Below are positions 38,901 through 50,700 of a stretch of DNA of 64,000 nucleotides, piece by piece (the first letter of the stretch is position 1; the number at the start of each line of letters is the position of its first letter). Both the position numbers and the translations under genes were made by a program. The DNA lies in NCBI RefSeq assembly GCF_964355755.1, contig NC_092672.1:37392437-37456436 (forward strand). Reading direction: 5' to 3'. This stretch comes from Antedon mediterranea. Its lineage: Eukaryota; Animalia; Echinodermata. The notes below the pieces were generated by a model that saw only the letters and a program-made list of their open reading frames with translations, made no database searches and was not told the DNA's origin.

Positions 38901-40616
38901 GATTTGACCTTTAGCCTCCTGCTCGCTTCGGTCAGTATAATATGTGATGGAGTCTTGCATTAAAACAAACCAACGCTCTTTCCATGACTTTATCATGTGG
39001 CCTTTCTTCTTTATCATTCCCTGTTGAAAAAATAAGCAGAAGTTGTTGAATGTTGCAGTGTGATAATGATAAAAAACAATTGATAAAGAAATAACTCATT
39101 ATTTTGTTAATCTTTATCAATTGGTGTGTTCGATTCAGACAAGCTTTGTGCTCAACTGAAAAAATCTGTTCCCATTAGAGTAAGTACTACTTTTTGGAAT
39201 GGTAAGTTGTAAACTGTTAATGCAAGCGTGTGTTTGTTAAGTACTAACTTTACGCTCAAATACTCAACGGATAAACTATACTTAACATTAAAATCGCAAT
39301 CGAATACTCAAAACCTTTTTGTGAATTAAAAGAATAAAAGGTTTTTTAAAAAATCAAAAATAAAAGAAAACAAATTATAAAATTGACCTTTTTCTCGACC
39401 TCCCTAACACACTCATCATGCACGTCCTTAACCGCCATTTGCAGAACCATTTTATCCATCAAACGACCATAGTCGCACTCCAGCGCACTCAAGAGTTCGG
39501 TAAATTTAAAAAATTGTTTATCTTTGTACAGCTCATCAAACTGTGCCTGTTTCCATTTCTTTCCCATTGCTGTCACCATTTTCTCAAGCAGGATCTCAAA
39601 CTCTTCTCGATCAATACTTATAGGAAAAACATCTGGCTCGACTAATATATTAAATATTTGCCATAATTTGTAAACGTCATTGAGGTGGAAGGACTCCAAT
39701 TCACGACCTTTGTATTTCTTGGAGCACAACATCCAGCTAACATCTTCAAACTTTTTCATGTCAATTAGATCACCTTCTATAAATTTTTGACTGGAGATGA
39801 AGTCGTAGTAATCCGTGAAATTGATAGAATCAGGTGAATCTTTAAAATATTCTGCCAACCTATTGGCAACTAAACTGCTGTTGTTAACGCCGAGTGAGTT
39901 GCCAATGTGGGCCGTGATAATCTGCGAAGAAATTTTATATTTTCATTTTTTTAGTATTCCACATCAGGGAATGTATCCATGGTTTTTTAAAAAGGGGGTT
40001 CTGTTCTCACAACTTTTAATATATTATTAGTCTGTGAATTATTGATATCAAAATGTATTTCAGAAATCAATCTTATTTATCAAACCATGTGCAACATCAA
40101 AATCTTTGCAATTCCAAGATACTAATCAATGATCATGATTTAATGAATAATAGTGTTATCAAAAAAAGATTGAACCATGGAATGTTCAATCAAAAAAAGA
40201 TTGAACCATGGAGTCTTTTTTTGATTGAACACGCCATATAACATTCAATGGTTCACACTCCAATTATCACCTTTATTTATAAAAATGTATTCAGTGTAGC
40301 TTCATTTATTGTTATAATAATAGTTAGTTGTCCGTTCAAATCAAAATTAGGGAGTAGAGGCCTATTATAGGCCTAAATAGTATACCACTATCAATATGTT
40401 ATGCATCAAGCACAACACAATACATGCACCCTGTATTGGGCATTTCACCGTGGTCTGTTTACCTTCAAGGAGCCTTTACAGTAAGTAACGCCTTTAGTAA
40501 CTTACCCGTAGCTGTTGCTTATCTACCAGTCCATTTTTGTTTTCGTCTAAGGCATCAAAAACATGCCACAGCCAACAACAAACTTTCCGCTTTCTTTCTG
40601 TTGTCTTTTCAGTCAT
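26982..40616 (-). CDS. SWAP70: SWAP70/DEF6 family protein (EF-hand, PH domain, long coiled coil)
   Basis: Exons 40506-40616, 39388-39921, 38874-39020, 34309-34432, 33025-33185, 32548-32685, 32303-32440, 30465-30602, 30245-30382, 29953-30119, 29576-29795, 28745(or 28724)-28939 and probable last exon 26982-27116. N-terminal WHVFDALDENKNGLVDKQQLR resembles SWAP70 [31 protein letters not shown]; PH domain KKGMIKKKGHMIKSWKERWFVL...ERQEWVSAI; KQAKRDEEIVRAVQARLLDEE. Probably a co-ortholog of SWAP70 and DEF6. Confidence 0.88.
27696..27839. mobile_element. MITE family A, full-length copy
   Basis: Both TIRs and complete interior. Confidence 0.9.
29128..29367. mobile_element. MITE B with nested MITE A (29181-29321)
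   Basis: B TIRs AAAGTTTGGTTCCCA / TGGGAACCAAGCTT enclose a complete A element. Confidence 0.8.
29423..29563. mobile_element. MITE family A, full-length copy about 12 bp from a SWAP70-like splice donor
   Basis: Both TIRs; donor at 29575. Confidence 0.88.
30737..32283. repeat. 23-bp minisatellite (CACCAATACACAGTATTCATCTT), ~67 copies
   Basis: Near-perfect array; variant units seen only near 31493 and 32273. Confidence 0.97.
33252..33610. mobile_element. Non-autonomous DNA transposon with long inverted repeats
   Basis: Termini TAGTCAGGTTAAAAGA / TCTTTTAACCCGACTA; ~48-bp subterminal inverted repeat 33274-33321 vs 33529-33577. Confidence 0.75.
35113..36556. repeat. 18-bp minisatellite (GCGCATTTTGTGTGGTGT), ~80 copies
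   Basis: Variants GCATATTTTGTGTGGTGT, GCGCATTTTATTTGGGGT and GCGCATTTTATGTGGTGT; register shift near 35970. Confidence 0.97.
36659..36748. repeat. 15-bp tandem repeat (C/G)CAACATCCTCTAAA x6 abutting a MITE A terminus
   Basis: Direct reading. Confidence 0.9.
38160..38447 (+). mobile_element. 3' fragment of a LINE (Rex1/Babar-like)
   Basis: HPLH...RSGRMRTVNAQTYRYKYSFYPAGIRHYN resembles LINE ORF2 C-termini; AATAAA followed by a (CTGTAT)3 tail. Confidence 0.65.
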
Positions 40617-41070
40617 TATTCAGTCGTAATAGTTTTCTTAACCTGGTAACAAGAAGTAACTCTACTCCAACCAAGGCAATCAAACAACAGTACCAACGTC
40701 GACCTTTGATTTGTTCGCAGGTTAGCCGAGTTTTTTTATTTCCTGGTGTTTTGATTACGTGATCTTTTGTGGTTATGCGGAAGTTTTAAAAACCGGATAG
40801 GGCCTTTATAATTACCATCTACGTCACAGGGTCCGGATTATTCCACACTTTGTAATATAATATATACGGGCAAAGAAATGTTTGATATACGAATTATGAT
40901 ATGTTTATAATATAGTTACTCATCAACTAATGACTGTAAATGGATCCAAATAGGAAGGATAGGACAGGGAGTTGTAAACAATTCTCCCTGGGTAGGATGT
41001 ATGTGTTATCGCGCACAATCCGTTCCGCACGTGCGCCGCGCTCCTCATAATCTGCATTTTTTTTATTTAA

Positions 41071-41570
41071 AGATGTATTGTCCCTTTGACTAATTCCAAA
41101 AAAAAAATTTTTTTTAAATTTCGAAAAAAAGTGGGTCATTTTGAATTATCATAATAAAAATATAATTTAACCGAAATACAGATGTTTTTTTGTTCAAAAA
41201 ATAACTTTGACTTCCAGTCAAAGTTTTCAATCAAAACATATCCCATAATGCAATGCGCTTGTTTGGCTACTCTGTATGTCCTCGCGATCTGTGTGAAAAC
41301 ACCTTCTCAACCGTGATGAGTTGTAAACAATCCTAATTAGCATCATGCATAATGCATACTCATGGTTTGAAATCTTTGTTTACTTTCGCTTGCGACGATT
41401 TCTCAGACGAAATGTAATCTAATTAATTTACCTGTTAATTACGTAAACTGTTGTTTTTGGCTCGAATTTTCGACTTAAAGTGAATAACTTTAATATTACT
41501 TTGATATGGCCAATTTAAATTTAGAATATTTTTTTTTTTCATTTTTTGTGTTTCAAGGGACAATACATCT
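41071..41570. mobile_element. Non-autonomous Kolobok-like DNA transposon (500 bp)
   Basis: Perfect 16-bp TIR AGATGTATTGTCCCTT with TTAA target-site duplication on both sides (41067-41070, 41571-41574); AG..CT termini. Confidence 0.8.
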
Positions 41571-42733
41571 TTAAAGACTGTCCCTCTGAAAAATAGTTTC
41601 AAAATGTTTTTGTTGATGGATAATAAACGGATGGAACTGTTAGGCCCATATTTGGGCATATTTGATATTAGTATTTTTATATACTTTTTTAAAACCACAA
41701 ACCAGCCCTGCCCAGTCCATCCTTCCACCACAACCCACACCCAGTTACATTCTATTTAGGTCCCCGCCTATAGTGATATGAATGTATAATATATCAGAGA
41801 ATGAGAAACTTTGCAACTGTGTTTCGATAGCAAAATCGTTACAATGTCTATCATCGCTCCGGAAATCAATAGATTGACTACAATTCTGTTCAATTTTCTT
41901 TTATAATTTCCTGTATTTGTTCTTTATGAACTAAAGCCATCTGGGTATTGTCAGCGACATTTCGAAATGTGTCTCACTCTCTCTACTTTCACTATCCATA
42001 CATTTTGCGCTTTGGACAATTTCATTTCAGCTCATTTCAGCCCGTGGTCTGTTCTTAATGTTTGGAATTATTGTCGTGTCTAACATTTGTTAAAATCTAT
42101 CATAATTACTAATTAATTAATAATATATAGGCCCTGTAAAAAGATAATCAATATTCCAACATAAAAGTGGTAAATAGGTTGAGGGCGGCAGACTTTTTTC
42201 TCCAATCCTAACACATATTGATAGTTGATAATACAACTATTATTCAATTGTACAAATTGCGATGCAACGATTACAACAAAAAATATATTAGACAATGATG
42301 TCTAATGACAATATCCTCCTTTTCCATTTATTTCATGTTTCTCAGCGTCTCTCCATTATATTTAAAACATCATCATCAATGGCGCGCACACAACAGAAAC
42401 ATGTTTAACTAGGGTGCGCCCAAACCCGGATGTATGGCGGTACTACCTACATTTTGTGCGTGACGTGCGCGCGACTTGCATACCTGTATATCTCTCATAA
42501 TTCTTACTTTGAAATGAGACAAATTGAAAATCATGTTTAATCGATGAAACTGAATGTATTTATTTCATCTTAAAAGGTGACGCAAGACGTCTGTTATCGC
42601 TTACAATCATTATAATAAGTACTTATCTTTCTTTTTTATAGCATACACATGGTTGTAAAACATAATTGAAATCACCAACTATGAATGCCCAAGGGTACCT
42701 TGTTGCTATTATAATAAAATGCACACAATATCG

Positions 42734-43173
42734 GAATAGTCTGTACTTGATACCATATGCATTGAATAGTCTGTACTTGATACCATATGCATTGAATAGT
42801 CTGTACTTTATACCATATGCATTGAATAGTCTGTACTTTATACCATATGCATTGAATAGTCTGTACTTGATACCATATGCATTGAATAGTCTGTACTTTA
42901 TACCATATGCATTGAATAGTCTGTACTTTATACCATATGCATTGAATAGTCTGTACTTTATACCATATGCATTGAATAGTCCGTACTTTATACCATATGC
43001 ATTGAATAGTCTGTACTTTATACCATATGCATTGAATAGTCTGTACTTTATACCATATGCATTGAATAGTCTGTACTTTATACCATATGCATTGAATAGT
43101 CTGTACTTTATACCATATGCATTGAATAGTCTGTACTTTATACCATATGCATTGAATAGTCTGTACTTTATAC
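42734..43173. repeat. 30-bp minisatellite (GAATAGTCTGTACTTTATACCATATGCATT), ~14.5 copies
   Basis: Direct reading; accounts for the repetitive ORFs 42666-43271 and 42672-43511. Confidence 0.96.
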
Positions 43174-44718
43174 TGAACTACCATAATGCATTGAATGGAA
43201 GATACCAAAATGGTCGCTATACCCGGTATGTTTATTTTGTTGAGATTATTGTCCATCTTTTGAAATACTGACGATAAATAATATGAATAAAATGTCACCG
43301 CTATAATACTGCACATATTGACATTTGCTGACAAAGGCTTGTTATACGTCACGTGACAACCAAACCTATCAGATGCAAAACCATTAATGTAAAGTCTTAA
43401 AAGAGCACACGCTACTATTTCGAATAAAAATTGTATAAAAACAATAACTATTATGTTAAAAAGGAATATAATTTTAAAATACACTACAATATTACTATAA
43501 AACGTAAACACATTAATTTAAAATGGTTGGTCAAAAAGAAAATCTTAATCTTAGTCAAAAACTGTAACAGTAAATTGGAAATCTGTATACGCAATTATTC
43601 CACACGTACGCAGATCAAGGTGGTTCGTTATTGCTTCTCCCATGTTGACGCGGTTTACGTTCAACACGAGGTAAACGCGTCAACAGTACGTGTACAAGTC
43701 ATTTAAAATCTACAGTATTATAATAACTAAGGATGGGGGTCGTATTTACATACTCTTTCAATATTGTTCAAAGACGTTACTTGAAATGTTGTTTATAGAT
43801 TATTATTTTACATCATGCACGTTAAAATCGTATTCTGCATTTTAGTTGACTTGGTAACCAACATATTATGCTAATTATACATCAGAGCAATGCGCACAGT
43901 GTATAATGCGCTCAGACACAAATTCTTTTGCTCCAAATAATGGATATACTATAGCTAATGAACTTGTCAATTGTCAAAATCATCTTTTATTTAGTATCTA
44001 AAGGAATGGAATTGGAAGAGGAAGGCGAGTGGTAACAGTGGTTATTCTGCAATACTGTCTAGGCCTATATTTATTCGTTAGAAATACAATTGCAATGTAG
44101 GAGGCCTATATTATTTCTTTTGTATAAAATCAGTTTATGAATACCGCTGTATATTTTTTTACTTTATATTTGCGTCAAAACAGGCGTAAAATGGTTCAAG
44201 TTATATATATAGTGATCAACACATACGCGACTTACAATAATTATATAATATCCTATCGTACAACGTCACAGACATTTATATAATACAACACTTCTCAGAT
44301 ATACGTTTAAACACTTAATTGGTTACTTAAAACAAACATAATTATATGGATCTTTTCAACTGCTGTGTGTGAATGTTCAGCTTCATGCAGCACATGATGA
44401 TCCCCAGATATACATTTTCACGACACTCACCGCGTGTAAAAGATGCCTAATTACTGTATTTTATGTCGATGGGGAAAATCAAAAACCCTGCGTTTAACAA
44501 GGGTATACAGTAAAACGCATTGGACAGAAATCACTATTCGAGTAGTTGCTAACATTTAATAAAATTACTCAATTTAGCGCGCGATTTCTTGTGGAGCGCG
44601 CGGCGTGAAGTTGTCTAAAATCGCTAATCAAGTTAACACACTTTTTAGCCAGATCTTACTATACCTAGGCCTATATCAATATTGGACAAGTACTGTATCA
44701 GCTGTCAAGAAACATAAA

Positions 44719-47700
44719 TCAAACAATGTTCTCCATTTTTCTTGTCGCTAAATTAACTTTTGGAATAAAGCCACACTCTCCGGTTGACACCATGTACGCA
44801 ATGACCCAGAATCTTTTACTGTATATCTCCCGTGGATCTACGTAGACAACTTCGCCAGTTTGCACCGATAGCTCACCAGACGACAATGCTTTGTGAGGGT
44901 AGAGTACTGTGGTCTTGGTAGTAAGGTTGTACAAGTCAAACTCAGCCGTACTGGGGCGTCTGGTGGTCTCACATGGTTCTATGTCAGTTTCATTGATTGA
45001 GTTTTTTCGACTTCCATCTGAAAGAAGAGTAAGTAAACTTTATAACCGTAGTCTGAAAAGACCCTCTTTTTCTCTCTGATGCTGTATTAAGTTTATTATT
45101 GTGATTAAGGTAGTTTTAGATTGATCCACACTTGGATGTAACACAATGACGTACGCGCAACGCAAGTGAGTTGACCAGTCTCAAGCGACAGCAGTTCATA
45201 TGAACCATCGCGTTGTGATTGGTAAATTACTTTCGGCGCGTTTACAACATTGCGTTGTGTCTTAGTTGGAACCAAGCCTTAGCCATAAAGGTATGAATAC
45301 GCTGAATATAATACGATTGAAAACGTAATACTTACCGGCGAAACCAACGACATTGTCAGCAACCGCTTTTCGTACATTTTGTCTGTTTCTTCTTTTAGAT
45401 GTTGATATACTGTCACCAGAAGACACCGATTCAGTTTCATAATCACTGGTGACCATCTCCAAATATCTCTGGTTTCCAAAACAGCTCTTCATCACGAGCT
45501 CCTCAATGTCCTTCGCGTCCGTGGACGTCCGTTCGGCCGGAACAGTCGGTCGAGGCGATCCTTCATGGTTTCCAATTGCACCTGTTTGTTTTGTCGAAAG
45601 AGTTGTGTCGTCATATATTGTTGTGTCAATGCTAATATCTGCATCTATTGGATCAATACTATCGTCTGATTTCAAAACGGTTCGTTCAGACGATTTTACA
45701 GGGTATTTTATAAATATAGGAAGAACTAATTCATCGTTTTCTTTATCATCCTCCGCCTCATCGTCTGCGGACAAAGTGACGTCATTTAATCGTTGGCACA
45801 TTTCAAATGTTCGATTATCTTGTAATCGATGGTCATATGCAGGAGGCGCTGTTTTTATTATTTGTGACGTTTTATATTCATGAAGTTCACTTCTTATTAT
45901 TGACTCCTCACAAAATCGAACTCTTTGTCGCCCTCTACGGTTTAATTCTGCATAAATGAGTTCGTCATAGCTTGTCAACGAAGATGTTTCCGAATCAGCG
46001 AAACAAGACGATCGGTCGTCGACTCCAGACTCGGAACAGTTCGAGTAAAGGCTATCAACATCCCGATTATTTGAGTCCGACGACACAGTTCGTTGCACAA
46101 AAACCGGATCTGGTTTCCTAATATGAATATTTATTATTTTCCGCGGGTCATTGTTTTCTATGAACTTTAATTTCACACTGTTCCTTTGACGTTCTCGTGA
46201 GAGCGAACGTCGTCGACGTCTGACAGGAGGGCTGACTTGGCTTGATTGTTCATCGTCTGGTAAAGACTGCTTCTTACGTTCTTTCGAGCGCGATCTCGAC
46301 CTGCGAGCGGCTCTAGTTTTTTCTATTACCACCGTACGACGCCTTGACTCGCATACTGCACAATGGTGGTCTCCTCCTGAAAAATATAACAATAATACGA
46401 AATTAATGACTGTATATCAAATAATAACTTTGATGCGTTTTATATTTACATCAACTAGTAAAGCTAGTAGGTTCTTTCATGGAATGCAAGGACGACGTTA
46501 AGCTCTGTCTACACTATCAAACTTTATGTGACAAAAAGAATATGATGTGCCCATAATTATGACATGATGTAGTGTAGACAGAGCTAGGTTCTAGACAAAG
46601 TTTTGATTTAAATTAGTAAAAATATAAATATTTTGGCACATATGGCGTTTCATACGTATACTACTTAAGCTCGTTTAGACAAAAATCGAAAGGCCGACTG
46701 GTGGACTAACATAAAAAAGACAATAACTACAGATTTTGGGAAAGTCTAGAAGGACGTAACGAAAGTAATTTGAAAGAAGCTGCACTTCGGAAGATCGCTT
46801 TATTTGGTCAAATTACTTGCGTTGTACGTTACGTTCTTTTTACGTCCTACGTTATTGTGGAAGGCAAGTTTAAAGCAGACTAATTATATCATCGGGACAT
46901 TTTAAATTCAGATGTTATTTCTTCCCAATGCTCGAGTCGTCGATATAAAAGTCATGCACGAATTCACAGAATCCCCAGATGGATGGACTCATATTACAAA
47001 TATCACAATACCATCATTGCTACTAATGCTGAATTAACTCGCACTAAGCGCGGCATCTTTCATCTTTTTGTTTTTTGCAAAATCATAATTAATTTACTTC
47101 TGTATTTATTATTATTAAGTCAATTTCTAGATAATAGGATTGCTCACACATATTTTATTTCGAACTTTAGGCAGCATTTAGTTCGCAATTAATAGGATAT
47201 TCAAAGCCAGCGGGCAGTGTATCTTCTCTCTTGTAATGAATACCGGTGCGACCGTCCCACTTAAGTGTAATAATGACTTGTTATGATTTTATTTCACTGT
47301 GTCTGATATAAAAATATGCCTACGGCGAAATCCACATTTATTCACGGGTCAACTTGTAACTCTATACGCCCTCTATCAGCCGAAATCGATATTAGTGGAG
47401 TAACAACGTACAGGTGTTTGTATGTTTATGCAAATTTCCGCCTCATTAACCATCAATGGTGCCGAGTTGACCGAGGAGGCAACTAAATCTTTCATCGATA
47501 TTGCAATATACATAAGCAACGGGTGTTAACTCAAATTAAAGATGGAATATTTTAATTACATCTATTCTTAAAGAAAGGTGAAAATGTTGAGGTTGTCTGA
47601 GCTGCCTTTTGTCCAAATTCTACGTCATCAGATGAATAATACGCGCGCGCGCCTTTGTGCAACACTTCTCCTTTCCTCAAATCCTGTTGCTATGTTGTTG

Positions 47701-50700
47701 CAATTGATCCTGCTGTAATGTGGCTCATTCAATTTCATTATTTTTTAGCAGATTTAGCCGCTTTGTTTCTCTGTTCATTTATTTTGATTTTTGTTCACAT
47801 TTCACACGGGTTCTCTGCTTAATTGAAACATCTGCCGACAAATTGATACTATCGAATTTTAAAATAAACAAACAGTTATAAACGACATCGAATTTCAAAT
47901 TAAAAGAACTTTGATGCAGAAATTGTAAAATAAAGCTAATTACAAACGATAAGATATTTAATACTTTGTTTTATCATGGCTTACCATCATGGAGACTGTG
48001 CTATAATACACGCATAAATAACGTTCGTTAATGCACCGAGACCTTTTACTGCGCAATTAGACAGTTTCGCATCTTGGAAAATGATATTTGAGGCTATACT
48101 TTTAAAATCGTGTGCTAATATTCATATTTAAATTTCGAGCTTATTACTGGAGGATTGTGCATAATCATATTCAAACTTTTTTTACATCTTAAAACCGTTT
48201 TTCTGAATTGTTGGCCCTCAAAGGCAAATGTAATATAATATTATGTGCAGGTGAAGAGAGTGTGAGTTTTGATCTCAGTCGGGGGCGAGTTACATTCAAT
48301 CCTTACCATCAAACAATCATTTCACTAAAAACTACTAATCAAATGTCATTGTGTTATACTTAATTTAATTGCATAAGTGTTATGATGGGTTCCATGTTGG
48401 CGACACAAAGGATTCATCCTGTCAATCAACGACACAATAAAAGCTACGAATGCTGATAATTGATAAAACGTCAGTCTAAAATACGAGTTGATTTACCAAT
48501 CTATCGTATCTTATTAATCAATTAACAAAAGTGACGTAAATTCTTTCAACAAAAAAACACACTTTTTATGCGAAAATTGGTTTTAATAAGTGGCACTGTC
48601 TAACAACTAAACCACTCACTTTATCACATAAGTGGACTCGACTGAAGTGCTGTAAAAAGCGCAGGTCTACAGATTAGTGCTAAAAGTTGTTAATTAAAAC
48701 GCATTTTTACAAGGGTAACCCAAGTTTGAAATACACATACTTCCCACGACATATTGTAAATTAAAATATATTGATAACTTTGTTTAATTGATTCTATAAT
48801 TACCTGCTATTCAAAAAGTCGAATATTTGAAATTTATTGAAGCGAATTGGAATCGAAGGGGTAGCTTACGGGCCTAAAAGTTTCTATAAGCAAACCATGT
48901 TATTAGCGATTATCCGTTAGAAACACTCTGAATCATACAATATCAATGCAGTTCCCACGTAAAGTCATTTTTAGCGATTGCTCCATTACATAGTTAACTG
49001 TTTTGTTGCATTCATCCGTGTGTTAAAGGGTATATTTCACCCGTTAGAATAACTTCTGAAATTAAGCGTAATTGGGCTAGGCCTAAATATTCTTTATTCT
49101 CTCTCCATTAACGTGTCCATGGCATGCCTTTCGGCTGACGATTTGAATCGGAATTTACAATGTACGCCTGAACGAGTTAGTTAGTTTTAACACGCATTAA
49201 AATCCAATCAATTTGTATCTTTTAAATTAATATTTCAATGATGGGGGTAAAGAGTAAACAACTGGCTTCAGACAGATCGCCTGCTAGTCATTTTAGATGC
49301 TAGGCCTAGAATTTCAAAACAAATTGAGGTTACAACTCCATGATAAGGCAAGCGATGCGATTGATCAAAAGTTCATTTGTCGTAATTAACGCTAAACCCA
49401 ATTATCACCTTGCGGAAACCATTTGTTAACATTTATGATGATATTACAAAATGATAACGGCAAAGAAGACGTTAATTATTGGATAAATTATGATTAGATA
49501 AACTGAACTAGAAAACATGAAAGAGGTTAAGACAAATATTTATCTGAAAAGAAACTAATTATTTCGAGTATGAAGTTGAATCAGATCTAATGGTTCTATT
49601 CTATCTATCAATTTAGAAAGATACTTGGTTGTATAGCAGGTGTAAGTAGCTGAGCTCTGTTTCCATGGTTAGGTCTTGTATAGCAGGTGTAAGTAGCTGA
49701 GCTCTGTTTCCATGGTTAGGTAGACCAGTATTGAGGTACCTTTACCATGAAATATAGACTTTTGTATATTCAATTACGGTATCTTATAGGCCTATAAAAA
49801 AGTAGTATTTCGTTAAGGTTGCACCCGTATTACTGTATACTACGTCAGCAGTAAAGACGCCACCACCACAAAGTAAACGCGCACGCATAGCCGCATAGCG
49901 TTTGTACGCACTCATCATTAACGTGTTGTGTGACGTCATTATAAATGTTGTCTTGCATGGAGAGTGAGCACTGATTTTAAGTGGATAATACTTTTACAGT
50001 AACAGATCCGAAGCCATTACGATGACAAATCGTCCTCTAAAAGTCTGTAAATACTTTAGTTAATGATAAACTACCTATGTATTTTAAACAGAGTTCTATT
50101 TTGACATTTAAAGGTATTTACAACCGGATTTAGAACTTAAGTTGTATTCAATTCCTCCTCATCTAGTATTTGTCACTGTGATGGAGGAACAAAGAAAAGA
50201 TGTGTCTTCTATTATGAATGTGTCTGATAAAGTAATGCTAATACTTATTGTTTTCTAATAAATGTTCAGGCTTACAAACTTGTGACAGATCGGTTTGTAA
50301 AGTTATCGAATGCTTTTCATCTGCCAATTCTACACTGTTAATTTGGTTTAAACTTTTACATTTATTCATCTTAAATGAGGAACAGAATTTGTAAGCATGG
50401 CTTAATAGTTGGACGCTATTGCAATTAAGGTTAAGCATTATACAAAAACATCTATTATATTGTTGTATTCATCTGAACTTGAATGTAAACTGGACTCGCT
50501 GCACAGACTCATCGCAGCAGCGTATGGAAACAGAGAGGGATTCACTAAAGCCTTCTCTACACTATCATACTTTATGTGACAACAAAATTTGATGTGCACA
50601 TATATGGATATGATGATGATGTCATATCACTACCATATTTGGGCACATCACACTAGTTTGATAATGTATACAGAGCTTATGGTCCGTGACAACTTCGAAT

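Noticed and set aside
42666-43511. Overlapping 201-aa and 279-aa repetitive ORFs
   Set aside because: Products of the 30-bp minisatellite.
44719-44733. PDZ-binding motif at the SH3 protein C-terminus (ENIV)
   Set aside because: The -2 residue is Asn, which fits none of the canonical PDZ ligand classes.
47985-48110. Coding exon of the SH3 gene ending ATGATG|gtaag
   Set aside because: The phase-1 frame has a TAG 16 nt before the donor and the ATG frame stops soon after joining the next exon; at most a non-coding alternative exon.
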